In this document: in pieces, positions 14,617 to 32,500 of the stretch
How the letters are laid out: each line of letters begins with the position of its first letter
How positions within the stretch are numbered: position 1 is the stretch's first letter
Assembly: GCA_964035545.1 (NCBI GenBank)
Contig: CAXIUT010000183.1
Location: 1,550,001 to 1,614,000 of the forward strand
DNA length: 64,000 nt
Source of the DNA: Bugula neritina
Lineage: Eukaryota; Animalia; Bryozoa
Direction of reading: 5' to 3'
Notes under the pieces: generated by a model
Seen by the model: only the letters and a program-made list of their open reading frames with translations
What the model was told of the DNA's origin: nothing
Database searches by the model: none
Position numbers and translations under genes: made by a program

Positions 14617-16952
14617 AATATATGGTAAACTACTGAAATATACTGTAACGCATTGAAAAATACTGCAACATACTGAAATATATTGCGACACATTGCAATA
14701 TACTGTAACATACTGAAAAATGCTGTAGCACACTGAAATATACTGCAATTCACTGAAATATACTGCAACATACTGAAATACACCGCAACATCCTACAACA
14801 TACTGAAATACACTGTAACATATTGAAATACACTGCAACACATTGAAATATACTGCAACATAACGAAACATATGGTAAACTATTGAAATAAATTTTAACA
14901 CATTGAAAAATACTGCAACATACTGAAATATATTATAACACATTGAAAAATACTGCAACATACTGAAGTATACTGTAACACACTGAAGTACACTGCAACT
15001 CACTGAAATATACTGCAATATACAGAAATACACTGCAACATCCTACAAAATGCTGAAATACACTGTAACATATTGAAATACACTGCAACACATTGAAATA
15101 TACTGCAACATACCCAAATATATGGTAAACTACTGAAATATACTGTAACACATTGACAAATACTGCAACATACTGAAATATACTGCAACATACCTAAATA
15201 TACGGTAATATACTGAAATATACTGTAACACACCGAAATATACTGCAACATACTGAAATACACTGTAACATACTGAAATATACTGCAACATACTGAATTA
15301 CACTGCTACATACTGAAATATACTGCAACATACTGCAACATACTGAAATACACTGTAACATACTGAAATAAACTGCAACATACTACAACATATTGAAATA
15401 CACTGCAACACATTGAAGTATACTGCAACATACCTAAATATACGGTAATATACTGAAATATACTGTAACACATTGAAAAAACTGCAACATACTGAAATAC
15501 ACTGTAACATACTGAAATATACTGCAACATACTGAATTACACTGCTACATACTGAAATATACTGCAACATACTGCAACATACTGAAATACACTGTAACAT
15601 ACTGAAATAAACTGCAACATACTACAACATATTGAAATACACTGCAACACATTGAAGTATACTGCAACATACCTAAATATACTGCAACATACTGAAATAC
15701 ACTGTAACATACTGAGATACACTGTCGCATACTGCAACATATTGAACTACACTGCAACACATTGAAATATATTGCAACTTATCCAATATATGGTAAACTA
15801 CTGAAATATACTGTAACGCATTGAAAAATACTGCAACATACTGAAATATATTGCGACACATTGCAATATACTGTAACATACTGAAAAATGCTGTAGCACA
15901 CTGAAATATACTGCAATTCACTGAAATATACTGCAACATACTGAAATACACCGCAACATCCTACAACATACTGAAATACACTGTAACATATTGAAATACA
16001 CTGCAACACATTGAAATATACTGCAACATAACGAAACATATGGTAAACTATTGAAATAAATTTTAACACATTGAAAAATACTGCAACATACTGAAATATA
16101 TTATAACACATTGAAAAATACTGCAACATACTGAAGTATACTGTAACACACTGAAGTACACTGCAACTCACTGAAATATACTGCAATATACAGAAATACA
16201 CTGCAACATCCTACAAAATGCTGAAATACACTGTAACATATTGAAATACACTGCAACACATTGAAATATACTGCAACATACCCAAATATATGGTAAACTA
16301 CTGAAATATACTGTAACACATTGACAAATACTGCAACATACTGAAATATACTGCAACATACCTAAATATACGGTAATATACTGAAATATACTGTAACACA
16401 CCGAAATATACTGCAACATACTGAAATACACTGTAACATACTGAAATATACTGCAACATACTGAATTACACTGCTACATACTGAAATATACTGCAACATA
16501 CTGCAACATACTGAAATACACTGTAACATACTGAAATAAACTGCAACATACTACAACATATTGAAATACACTGCAACACATTGAAGTATACTGCAACATA
16601 CCTAAATATACGGTAATATACTGAAATATACTGTAACACATTGAAAAAACTGCAACATACTGAAATACACTGTAACATACTGAAATATACTGCAACATAC
16701 TGAATTACACTGCTACATACTGAAATATACTGCAACATACTGCAACATACTGAAATACACTGTAACATACTGAAATAAACTGCAACATACTACAACATAT
16801 TGAAATACACTGCAACACATTGAAGTATACTGCAACATACCTAAATATACTGCAACATACTGAAATACACTGTAACATACTGAGATACACTGTCGCATAC
16901 TGCAACATATTGAACTACACTGCAACACTTTGAAATATATTGCAACTTATCC
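14617..16952. repeat. Tandem 1168-bp duplication inside the second 3077-bp HOR copy
   Basis: ORF pairs 14611/15779, 14933/16101, 15000/16168, 15298/16466 and 15537/16705 all differ by 1168. Confidence 0.92.
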
Positions 16953-19900
16953 AATATATGGAAAACTACTGAAATATACTGTAACGCATTGAAAAAGACT
17001 GCAACATACTGAAATATATTGCGACACATTGCAATATACTGTAATTTACTGAAAAATGCTGTAGCACACTGAAATATACTGCAATTCGCTGAAATATACT
17101 GCAACATTCTGAAATACACCGTAACATCCTACAACATACTAAAATAGACTGTAACATTTCGAAATACACTGCAACACATTCAATTATACTGCAACATAAC
17201 GAAGTATATGGTAAACTACTGAAATGTATTTTAACAAATTGAAAAATACTGCAACATACTGAAATATACTGTAGCACACTAAAGTATACTGCAACATACT
17301 GAAATACACTGTAACATACTGAAATATACTGCAACATACTGAAATACACTGCTACATACTGAAATATACTGCAACGTACTGCAACATACTGCAACATACT
17401 GAAATACACTGTAACATACTGAAATACACTGCAACATATTACCACATATTGAAATACACAGTAACATATTGAAATACACTGCAACACATTGAAATATACT
17501 GTGACATACCTAAATATACGGTAAGATACTGAAATATACTGTAACACATTGAAAAATACTGCAACATACTGAAATATACTGTAACACACCGAAATATACT
17601 GCAACATACTGAAATACACAGTAACATACTGAAATACACTGCTACATACTGAAATATACTGCAACATACTGCAACATACTGAAATACACAGTAACATACT
17701 GAAATACACTGCAACATACTACAACATATTGAAATACACTGCAACACATTGAAATGTACTGCAACATACCGAAATATACGGTAATATACTGAAATATACT
17801 GTACCACATTGAAAAATACTGCAACATACTGAAATACACTGCAACACACTGAAACACACCGCAAAAAACTACAACATACTGAAATACACTGTAACATATT
17901 AAAACATACTGCAACATACTGAAATACACTGCAACACACTGAAATATACCGCAAAATACTACAACATACTGAAATACACTGTAACATATTGAAATACACT
18001 GCAACACATTGAAATATACTGCAACATACCGAAATATATGGTAAACTAATGAAATATACTGTAACACATTGAGAAATACCGCAACATACTGAAAGATACT
18101 GCGACACATTGCAATATACTGTAACATACTGAAATATGATGTAGCACACTGAAATACACTGCAACATCCTACAACATACTGAAATACACTGTAACATATT
18201 GAAATACTTTGCAACACATTGAAATATACTGCAACATAACAAAATATATGGTAAACTACTGAAATAGACTTTAACACATTGAAAAAGACTGCAACATACT
18301 GAAATATACTGCGACACCTAGCAATATACTGTAACATACTGAAATATGCTCTAGCACACTGAAATACAATGCAACTCACTGAAATATACTGCAACATACT
18401 GAAATACACTGCAACATCCTACAACATGCTGAAATACACTGTAACATATTGAAATACACTGCAACACTTTGAAACATACTGCAACATACCGAAATATATG
18501 ATAAACTACTGCAACATACTACAACATATTGAAATAAACTGCAACACATTGAAATATACTGCAACATACCTAAATATACGGTAATATACTGAAATTCACT
18601 GTAACGCATTGCAAAATACTGCAACATACTGAAATTCACGGTGACACACTGAAATACGCTGCAAAATACTGCAACATACTGAAATACACTGTAACATACT
18701 GAAATATACTGCAACATACTGAAATACACTGCTACATACGGAAATATTCTGCAACATACTGCAACATACTGCAATACACTGTAACATACTGAAATACACT
18801 GCAACATACTACAACATATTGAAATACACTGCAACACATTGAAATACACTGCAACTTACCGAATATATGGTAAACTACTGAAATATACTGTAACGCATTG
18901 AAAAATACTGCAACATACTGAAATATATTGCGACACATTGCAATATACTGTAACATACTGAAAAATGCTGTAGCACACTGAAATATACTGCAATTCACTG
19001 AAATATACTGCAACATACTGAAATACACCGCAACATCCTACAACATACTGAAATACACTGTAACATATTGAAATACACTGCAACACATTGAAATATACTG
19101 CAACATAACGAAACATATGGTAAACTATTGAAATAAATTTTAACACATTGAAAAATACTGCAACATACTGAAATATATTATAACACATTGAAAAATACTG
19201 CAACATACTGAAGTATACTGTAACACACTGAAGTACACTGCAACTCACTGAAATATACTGCAATATACAGAAATACACTGCAACATCCTACAAAATGCTG
19301 AAATACACTGTAACATATTGAAATACACTGCAACACATTGAAATATACTGCAACATACCCAAATATATGGTAAACTACTGAAATATACTGTAACACATTG
19401 ACAAATACTGCAACATACTGAAATATACTGCAACATACCTAAATATACGGTAATATACTGAAATATACTGTAACACACCGAAATATACTGCAACATACTG
19501 AAATACACTGTAACATACTGAAATATACTGCAACATACTGAATTACACTGCTACATACTGAAATATACTGCAACATACTGCAACATACTGAAATACACTG
19601 TAACATACTGAAATAAACTGCAACATACTACAACATATTGAAATACACTGCAACACATTGAAGTATACTGCAACATACCTAAATATACGGTAATATACTG
19701 AAATATACTGTAACACATTGAAAAAACTGCAACATACTGAAATACACTGTAACATACTGAAATATACTGCAACATACTGAATTACACTGCTACATACTGA
19801 AATATACTGCAACATACTGCAACATACTGAAATACACTGTAACATACTGAAATAAACTGCAACATACTACAACATATTGAAATACACTGCAACACATTGA

Positions 19901-20537
19901 AGTATACTGCAACATACCTAAATATACTGCAACATACTGAAATACACTGTAACATACTGAGATACACTGTCGCATACTGCAACATATTGAACTACACTGC
20001 AACACATTGAAATATATTGCAACTTATCCAATATATGGAAAACTACTGAAATATACTGTAACGCATTGAAAAAGACTGCAACATACTGAAATATATTGCG
20101 ACACATTGCAATATACTGTAAGTTACTGAAAAATGCTGTAGCACACTGAAATATACTGCAATTCGCTGAAATACACTGCAATATTCTGAAATACACCGTA
20201 ACATCCTACAACATACTAAAATAGACTGTAACATTTCGAAATACACTGCAACACATTCAATTATACTGCAACATAACGAAGTATATGGTAAACTACTGAA
20301 ATGTATTTTAACAAATTGAAAAATACTGCAACATACTGAAATATACTGTAGCACACTAAAGTATACTGCAACATACTGAAATACACTGTAACATACTGAA
20401 ATATACTGCAACATACTGAAATACACTGCTACATACTGAAATATACTGCAACGTACTGCAACATACTGCAACATACTGAAATACACTGTAACATACTGAA
20501 ATACACTGCAACATATTACCACATATTGAAATACACA

Positions 20538-23500
20538 GTAACATATTGAAATACACTGCAACACATTGAAATATACTGTGACATACCTAAATATACGGTA
20601 AGATACTGAAATATACTGTAACACATTGAAAAATACTGCAACATACTGAAATATACTGTAACACACCGAAATATACTGCAACATACTGAAATACACAGTA
20701 ACATACTGAAATACACTGCTACATACTGAAATATACTGCAACATACTGCAACATACTGAAATACACAGTAACATACTGAAATACACTGCAACATACTACA
20801 ACATATTGAAATACACTGCAACACATTGAAATGTACTGCAACATACCGAAATATACGGTAATATACTGAAATATACTGTACCACATTGAAAAATACTGCA
20901 ACATACTGAAATACACTGCAACACACTGAAACACACCGCAAAAAACTACAACATACTGAAATACACTGTAACATATTAAAACATACTGCAACATACTGAA
21001 ATACACTGCAACACACTGAAATATACCGCTAAATACTACAACATACTGAAATACACTGTAACATATTGAAATACACTGCAACACATTGAAATATACTGCA
21101 ACATACCGAAATATATGGTAAACTAATGAAATATACTGTAACACATTGAGAAATACCGCAACATACTGAAAGATACTGCGACACATTGCAATATACTGTA
21201 ACATACTGAAATATGATGTAGCACACTGAAATACACTGCAACATCCTACAACATACTGAAATACACTGTAACATATTGAAATACTTTGCAACACATTGAA
21301 ATATACTGCAACATAACAAAATATATGGTAAACTACTGAAATAGACTTTAACACATTGAAAAAGACTGCAACATACTGAAATATACTGCGACACCTAGCA
21401 ATATACTGTAACATACTGAAATATGCTCTAGCACACTGAAATACAATGCAACTCACTGAAATATACTGCAACATACTGAAATACACTGCAACATCCTACA
21501 ACATGCTGAAATACACTGTAACATATTGAAATACACTGCAACACTTTGAAACATACTGCAACATACCGAAATATATGGTAAACTACTGCAACATACTACA
21601 ACATATTGAAATACACTGCAACACATTGAAATATACTGCAACATACCTAAATATACGGTAATATACTGAAATTCACTGTAACGCATTGCAAAATACTGCA
21701 ACATACTGAAATTCACGGTGACACACTGAAATACGCTGCAAAATACTACAACATACTGAAATAAACTGTAACATATTGAAATACACTACAACACATTGAA
21801 AAATACTGCAACATACTGAAATATACTGTAACACACTGAAATATACTGCAACATACTGAAATACACTGTAACATACTGAAATATACTGCAACATACTGAA
21901 ATACACTGCTACATACGGAAATATTCTGCAACATACTGCAACATACTGCAATACACTGTAACATACTGAAATACACTGCAACATACTACAACATATTGAA
22001 ATACACTGCAACACATTGAAATACACTGCAACTTACCGAATATATGGTAAACTACTGAAATATACTGTAACGCATTGAAAAATACTGCAACATACTGAAA
22101 TATATTGCGACACATTGCAATATACTATAACATACTGAAAAATGCTGTAGCACACTGAAATATACTGCAATTCACTGAAATATACTGCAACATACTGAAA
22201 TACACCGCAACATCCTACAACATACTGAAATACACTGTAACATATTGAAATACACTGCAACACATTGAAATATACTGCAACATAACGAAACATATGGTAA
22301 ACTATTGAAATAAATTTTAACACATTGAAAAATACTGCAACATACTGAAATATATTATAACACATTGAAAAATACTGCAACATACTGAAGTATACTGTAA
22401 CACACTGAAGTACACTGCAACTCACTGAAATATACTGCAATAAACAGAAATACACTGCAACATCCTACAAAATGCTGAAATACACTGTAACATATTGAAA
22501 TACACTGCAACACATTGAAATATACTGCAACATACCCAAATATATGGTAAACTACTGAAATATACTGTAACACATTGACAAATACTGCAACATACTGAAA
22601 TATACTGCAACATACCTAAATATACGGTAATATACTGAAATATACTGCAACATACTGAATTACACTGCTACATACTGAAATATACTGCAACATACTGCAA
22701 CATACTGAAATACACTGTAACATACTGAAATAAACTGCAACATACTACAACATATTGAAATACACTGCAACACATTGAAGTATACTGCAACATACCTAAA
22801 TATACGGTAATATACTGAAATATACTGTAACACATTGAAAAAACTGCAACATACTGAAATACACTGCAACACACTGAAATACACCGCAAAAAACTACAAT
22901 ATACTGAAATACACTGTAACATATTGAAATCCACTGCAACACATTGAAATATACTGCAACATACCGAAATATATGGTAAACTAATGAAATATACTGTAAC
23001 ACATTGAAAAATACCGCAACATACTGAAATATACTGCGACAGATTGCAATATACTGTAACATATTGAAATATGCTGTAGCACACTGAAATACACTGCAAC
23101 ATCCTACAACATACTGAAATACACTGTAACATATTGAAATACACTGCAAGAAATTGAAATAGACTGCAAAATAACAAAATATATGGTAAACTACTGAAAT
23201 ATACTTTACCACATTGAAAAATACTGCAACATACAGAAATATACTGTAACACACTGAAATATACTGCAACATACTGAAATACACTGCTAAATACTGAAAT
23301 ATACTGCAACATACTGCAACAAACTGCAACATACTGAAATACACTGTAACATATTGAAGTACACTGCAACACATTGAAATATACTGCAACATACCAAAAT
23401 ATATGGTAAACAACTGAAATATACTTTAACACATTGAAAAATACTGCAACATACTGAAATATACTGCGACACTTTGCAATATACTGTAACATACCGAAAT

Positions 23501-26500
23501 ATGCTCTAGCGCACTGAAATACATTGCAACTCACTGAAATATATTGCAACATACTGAAATACACTGTGACATCCTGAAATATACTGCAACATACTGAAAT
23601 ACACTGCTACATACTGAAATATACTGCAACATACTGCAACATACTGAAATACACTGCAACATACTACAACATACTGAAATACACTGCAACACATTGAAAT
23701 ATACTGCAACATACCTAAATATACGGTAATCTACCGAAATATACTGTAACGCATTGCAAAATACTGCAACATACTGAAATACACTGCGACACACTGAAGT
23801 ACGCTGCAAAATACTACAACATACTGAAATAAACTGTAACATATTGAAATACACTGCAATACATTGATAAATAATGCAATATACTGAAATATACTGTAAC
23901 ACACTGAAATATACTGCAACATACTGAAATACACTGTAACATACTGAAATATACTGCAACGTACTGAAATACACTGCTACATACTGAAATATACTGTAAC
24001 ATACTGCAACATACTGAAATACACTGTAACATACTGAGATACACTGCAACATACTACAACATATTGAAATACAATGCAACACATTGAAATATACTGCAGC
24101 ATAACGAAATATATGGTAAACTAATGAAATATATTTTAACACATTGAGAAATACTGCAACATACTGAAATATACTGCGGCACCTAGCAATATACTGTAAC
24201 ATACTGAAATATGCTCTAGCACACTGAAATACAATGCAACTCACTGAAATATACTGCAACATACTGAAATACACTGCAACATCCTACAACATGCTGAAAT
24301 ACACTGTAACATATTGAAATACACTGCAACACTTTGAAACATACTGCAACATACCGAAATATATGGTAAACTACTGCAACATACTACAACATATTGAAAT
24401 ACACTGCAACACATTGAAATATACTGCAACATACCTAAATATACGGTAATATACTGAAATTCACTGTAACGCATTGCAAAATACTGCAACATACTGAAAT
24501 TCACTGTGACACACTGAAATACGCTGCAAAATACTACAACATACTGAAATAAACTGTAACATATTGAAATACACTACAACACATTGAAAAATACTGCAAC
24601 ATACTGAAATACACTGTAACATATTGAAGTACACTGCAACACATTGAAATAATAATTATACTGCAACATACCAAAATATATGGTAAACAACTGAAATATA
24701 CTTTAACACATTGAAAAATACTGCAACATACTGAAATATACTGCGACACTTTGCAATATACTGTAACATACCGAAATATGCTCTAGCACACTGAAATACA
24801 CTGCAACTCACTGAAATATACTGCAACATACTGAAATACACTGTGACATCCTGAAATATACTGCAACATTCTGAAATAGACTGCTACATACTGAAATATA
24901 CTGCAACATACTGCAACATACTGAAATACACTGCAACATACTACAACATACTGAAATACGCTGCAACACATTGAAATATACTGAAACATACCTAAATATA
25001 CGGTAATATACCGAAATATACTGTAACGCATTGCAAAATACTGCAACATACTGAAATACACTGCGACACACTGAAATACGCTGCAAAATACTACAACATA
25101 CTGAAATAAACTGTAACATATTGAAATACACTGCAATACATTGAAAAATAATGCAATATACTGAAATATACTGTAACACACTGAAATATACTGCAACATA
25201 CTGAAATACACTGTAACATACTGAAATATACTGCAACGTACTGAAATACACTGCTACATACTGAAATATACTGTAGCATACTGCAACATACTGAAATACA
25301 CTGTAACATACTGAGATACACTGTCGCATACTGCAACATATTGAACTACACTGCAACACATTGAAATATATTGCAACTTATCCAATATATGGAAAACTAC
25401 TGAAATATACTGTAACGCATTGAAAAAGACTGCAACATACTGAAATGTATTGCGACACATTGCAATATACTGTAATTTACTGAAAAATGCTGTAGCACAC
25501 TGAAATATACTGCAATTCGCTGAAATATACTGCAACATTCTGAAATACACCGTAACATCCTACAACATACTAAAATAGACTGTAACATTTCGAAATACAC
25601 TGCAACACATTCAATTATACTGCAACATAACGAAATATATGGTAAACTACTGAAATGTATTTTAACAAATTGAAAAATACTGCAACATACTGAAATATAC
25701 TGTAACACACTGAAGTATACTGCAACATACTGAAATACACTGTAACATACTGAAATATACTGCAACATACTGAAATACACTGCTACATACTGAAATATAC
25801 TGCAACGTACTGCAACATACTGCAACATACTGAAATACACTGTAACATACTGAAATACACTGCAACATATTACCACATATTGAAATACACTGCAACACAT
25901 TGAAATGTACTGCAACATACCGAAATATATGGTAAACTACTAAAATATACTGTAACACATTGAAAAATACTGCAACATACTGAAATATACTGCGACACCT
26001 AGCAATATACTGTAACATACTGAAATATGCTCTAGCACACTGAAATACAATGCAACTTACTGAAACATACTGCAACATACTGAAATACACTGCAACATCC
26101 TACAATATGCTGAAATACACAGTAACATATTGAAATACACTGCAACACATTGAAATATACTGTGACATACCTAAATATACGGTAAGATACTGAAATATAC
26201 TGTAACACATTGAAAAATACTGCAACATACTGAAATATACTGTAACACACCGAAATATACTGCAACATACTGAAATACACAGTAACATACTGAAATACAC
26301 TGCTACATACTGAAATATACTGCAACATACTGCAACATACTGAAATACACAGTAACATACTGAAATACACTGCAACATACTACAACATATTGAAATACAC
26401 TGCAACACATTGAAATGTACTGCAACATACCGAAATATACGGTAATATACTGAAATATACTGTACCACATTGAAAAATACTGCAACATACTGAAATACAC

Positions 26501-29500
26501 TGCAACACACTGAAACACACCGCAAAAAACTACAACATACTGAAATACACTGTAACATATTAAAACATACTGCAACATACTGAAATACACTGCAACACAC
26601 TGAAATATACCGCAAAATACTACAACATACTGAAATACACTGTAACATATTGAAATACACTGCAACACATTGAAATATACTGCAACATAACAAAATATAT
26701 GGTAAACTACTGAAATAGACTTTAACACATTGAAAAAGACTGCAACATACTGAAATATACTGCGACACCTAGCAATATACTGTAACATACTGAAATATGC
26801 TCTAGCACACTGAAATACAATGCAACTCACTGAAATATACTGCAACATACTGAAATACACTGCAACATCCTACAACATGCTGAAATACACTGTAACATAT
26901 TGAAATACACTGCAACACATTGAAATATACTGTGACATACCTAAATATACGGTAAGATACTGAAATATACTGTAACACATTGAAAAATACTGCAACATAC
27001 TGAAATATACTGTAACACACCGAAATATACTGCAACATACTGAAATACACAGTAACATACTGAAATACACTGCTACATACTGAAATATACTGCAACATAC
27101 TGCAACATACTGAAATACACAGTAACATACTGAAATACACTGCAACATACTACAACATATTGAAATACACTGCAACACATTGAAATGTACTGCAACATAC
27201 CGAAATATACGGTAATATACTGAAATATACTGTACCACATTGAAAAATACTGCAACATACTGAAATACACTGCAACACACTGAAACACACCGCAAAAAAC
27301 TACAACATACTGAAATACACTGTAACATATTAAAACATACTGCAACATACTGAAATACACTGCAACACACTGAAATATACCGCTAAATACTACAACATAC
27401 TGAAATACACTGTAACATATTGAAATACACTGCAACACATTGAAATATACTGCAACATACCGAAATATATGGTAAACTAATGAAATATACTGTAACACAT
27501 TGAGAAATACCGCAACATACTGAAAGATACTGCGACACATTGCAATATACTGTAACATACTGAAATATGATGTAGCACACTGAAATACACTGCAACATCC
27601 TACAACATACTGAAATACACTGTAACATATTGAAATACTTTGCAACACATTGAAATATACTGCAACATAACAAAATATATGGTAAACTACTGAAATAGAC
27701 TTTAACACATTGAAAAAGACTGCAACATACTGAAATATACTGCGACACCTAGCAATATACTGTAACATACTGAAATATGCTCTAGCACACTGAAATACAA
27801 TGCAACTCACTGAAATATACTGCAACATACTGAAATACACTGCAACATCCTACAACATGCTGAAATACACTGTAACATATTGAAATACACTGCAACACTT
27901 TGAAACATACTGCAACATACCGAAATATATGGTAAACTACTGCAACATACTACAACATATTGAAATACACTGCAACACATTGAAATATACTGCAACATAC
28001 CTAAATATACGGTAATATACTGAAATTCACTGTAACGCATTGCAAAATACTGCAACATACTGAAATTCACGGTGACACACTGAAATACGCTGCAAAATAC
28101 TACAACATACTGAAATAAACTGTAACATATTGAAATACACTACAACACATTGAAAAATACTGCAACATACTGAAATATACTGTAACACACTGAAATATAC
28201 TGCAACATACTGAAATACACTGTAACATACTGAAATATACTGCAACATACTGAAATACACTGCTACATACGGAAATATTCTGCAACATACTGCAACATAC
28301 TGCAATACACTGTAACATACTGAAATACACTGCAACATACTACAACATATTGAAATACACTGCAACACATTGAAATACACTGCAACTTACCGAATATATG
28401 GTAAACTACTGAAATATACTGTAACGCATTGAAAAATACTGCAACATACTGAAATATATTGCGACACATTGCAATATACTATAACATACTGAAAAATGCT
28501 GTAGCACACTGAAATATACTGCAATTCACTGAAATATACTGCAACATACTGAAATACACCGCAACATCCTACAACATACTGAAATACACTGTAACATATT
28601 GAAATACACTGCAACACATTGAAATATACTGCAACATAACGAAACATATGGTAAACTATTGAAATAAATTTTAACACATTGAAAAATACTGCAACATACT
28701 GAAATATATTATAACACATTGAAAAATACTGCAACATACTGAAGTATACTGTAACACACTGAAGTACACTGCAACTCACTGAAATATACTGCAATAAACA
28801 GAAATACACTGCAACATCCTACAAAATGCTGAAATACACTGTAACATATTGAAATACACTGCAACACATTGAAATATACTGCAACATACCCAAATATATG
28901 GTAAACTACTGAAATATACTGTAACACATTGACAAATACTGCAACATACTGAAATATACTGCAACATACCTAAATATACGGTAATATACTGAAATATACT
29001 GTAACACACCGAAATATACTGCAACATACTGAAATACACTGTAACATACTGAAATATACTGCAACATACTGAATTACACTGCTACATACTGAAATATACT
29101 GCAACATACTGCAACATACTGAAATACACTGTAACATACTGAAATAAACTGCAACATACTACAACATATTGAAATACACTGCAACACATTGAAGTATACT
29201 GCAACATACCTAAATATACGGTAATATACTGAAATATACTGTAACACATTGAAAAAACTGCAACATACTGAAATACACTGCAACACACTGAAATACACCG
29301 CAAAAAACTACAATATACTGAAATACACTGTAACATATTGAAATCCACTGCAACACATTGAAATATACTGCAACATACCGAAATATATGGTAAACTAATG
29401 AAATATACTGTAACACATTGAAAAATACCGCAACATACTGAAATATACTGCGACAGATTGCAATATACTGTAACATATTGAAATATGCTGTAGCACACTG

Positions 29501-32500
29501 AAATACACTGCAACATCCTACAACATACTGAAATACACTGTAACATATTGAAATACACTGCAAGAAATTGAAATAGACTGCAAAATAACAAAATATATGG
29601 TAAACTACTGAAATATACTTTACCACATTGAAAAATACTGCAACATACAGAAATATACTGTAACACACTGAAATATACTGCAACATACTGAAATACACTG
29701 CTAAATACTGAAATATACTGCAACATACTGCAACAAACTGCAACATACTGAAATACACTGTAACATATTGAAGTACACTGCAACACATTGAAATATACTG
29801 CAACATACCAAAATATATGGTAAACAACTGAAATATACTTTAACACATTGAAAAATACTGCAACATACTGAAATATACTGCGACACTTTGCAATATACTG
29901 TAACATACCGAAATATGCTCTAGCGCACTGAAATACACTGCAACTCACTGAAATATATTGCAACATACTGAAATACACTGTGACATCCTGAAATATACTG
30001 CAACATACTGAAATACACTGCTACATACTGAAATATACTGCAACATACTGCAACATACTGAAATACACTGCAACATACTACAACATACTGAAATACACTG
30101 CAACACATTGAAATATACTGCAACATACCTAAATATACGGTAATCTACCGAAATATACTGTAACGCATTGCAAAATACTGCAACATACTGAAATACACTG
30201 CGACACACTGAAGTACGCTGCAAAATACTACAACATACTGAAATAAACTGTAACATATTGAAATACACTGCAATACATTGATAAATAATGCAATATACTG
30301 AAATATACTGTAACACACTGAAATATACTGCAACATACTGAAATACACTGTAACATACTGAAATATACTGCAACGTACTGAAATACACTGCTACATACTG
30401 AAATATACTGTAACATACTGCAACATACTGAAATACACTGTAACATACTGAGATACACTGCAACATACTACAACATATTGAAATACAATGCAACACATTG
30501 AAATATACTGCAGCATAACGAAATATATGGTAAACTAATGAAATATATTTTAACACATTGAGAAATACTGCAACATACTGAAATATACTGCGGCACCTAG
30601 CAATATACTGTAACATACTGAAATATGCTCTAGCACACTGAAATACAATGCAACTCACTGAAATATACTGCAACATACTGAAATACACTGCAACATCCTA
30701 CAACATGCTGAAATACACTGTAACATATTGAAATACACTGCAACACTTTGAAACATACTGCAACATACCGAAATATATGGTAAACTACTGCAACATACTA
30801 CAACATATTGAAATACACTGCAACACATTGAAATATACTGCAACATACCTAAATATACGGTAATATACTGAAATTCACTGTAACGCATTGCAAAATACTG
30901 CAACATACTGAAATTCACTGTGACACACTGAAATACGCTGCAAAATACTACAACATACTGAAATAAACTGTAACATATTGAAATACACTACAACACATTG
31001 AAAAATACTGCAACATACTGAAATACACTGTAACATATTGAAGTACACTGCAACACATTGAAATAATAATTATACTGCAACATACCAAAATATATGGTAA
31101 ACAACTGAAATATACTTTAACACATTGAAAAATACTGCAACATACTGAAATATACTGCGACACTTTGCAATATACTGTAACATACCGAAATATGCTCTAG
31201 CACACTGAAATACACTGCAACTCACTGAAATATACTGCAACATACTGAAATACACTGTGACATCCTGAAATATACTGCAACATTCTGAAATAGACTGCTA
31301 CATACTGAAATATACTGCAACATACTGCAACATACTGAAATACACTGCAACATACTACAACATACTGAAATACGCTGCAACACATTGAAATATACTGAAA
31401 CATACCTAAATATACGGTAATATACCGAAATATACTGTAACGCATTGCAAAATACTGCAACATACTGAAATACACTGCGACACACTGAAATACGCTGCAA
31501 AATACTACAACATACTGAAATAAACTGTAACATATTGAAATACACTGCAATACATTGAAAAATAATGCAATATACTGAAATATACTGTAACACACTGAAA
31601 TATACTGCAACATACTGAAATACACTGTAACATACTGAAATATACTGCAACGTACTGAAATACACTGCTACATACTGAAATATACTGTAGCATACTGCAA
31701 CATACTGAAATACACTGTAACATACTGAGATACACTGTCGCATACTGCAACATATTGAACTACACTGCAACACATTGAAATATATTGCAACTTATCCAAT
31801 ATATGGAAAACTACTGAAATATACTGTAACGCATTGAAAAAGACTGCAACATACTGAAATGTATTGCGACACATTGCAATATACTGTAATTTACTGAAAA
31901 ATGCTGTAGCACACTGAAATATACTGCAATTCGCTGAAATATACTGCAACATTCTGAAATACACCGTAACATCCTACAACATACTAAAATAGACTGTAAC
32001 ATTTCGAAATACACTGCAACACATTCAATTATACTGCAACATAACGAAATATATGGTAAACTACTGAAATGTATTTTAACAAATTGAAAAATACTGCAAC
32101 ATACTGAAATATACTGTAACACACTGAAGTATACTGCAACATACTGAAATACACTGTAACATACTGAAATATACTGCAACATACTGAAATACACTGCTAC
32201 ATACTGAAATATACTGCAACGTACTGCAACATACTGCAACATACTGAAATACACTGTAACATACTGAAATACACTGCAACATATTACCACATATTGAAAT
32301 ACACTGCAACACATTGAAATGTACTGCAACATACCGAAATATATGGTAAACTACTAAAATATACTGTAACACATTGAAAAATACTGCAACATACTGAAAT
32401 ATACTGCGACACCTAGCAATATACTGTAACATACTGAAATATGCTCTAGCACACTGAAATACAATGCAACTTACTGAAACATACTGCAACATACTGAAAT

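Larger units (their letters stand above)
10131..21740. repeat. 3077-bp higher-order repeat: copies start at about 10131, 13208, 17453 (second copy lengthened by an internal 1168-bp duplication) and 20530 (partial)
   Basis: The 255-aa artefactual ORF recurs at 10320, 13397, 17642 and 20719, giving spacings of 3077, 4245 (=3077+1168) and 3077. The neighbouring ORFs recur at the same spacings. Confidence 0.93.
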
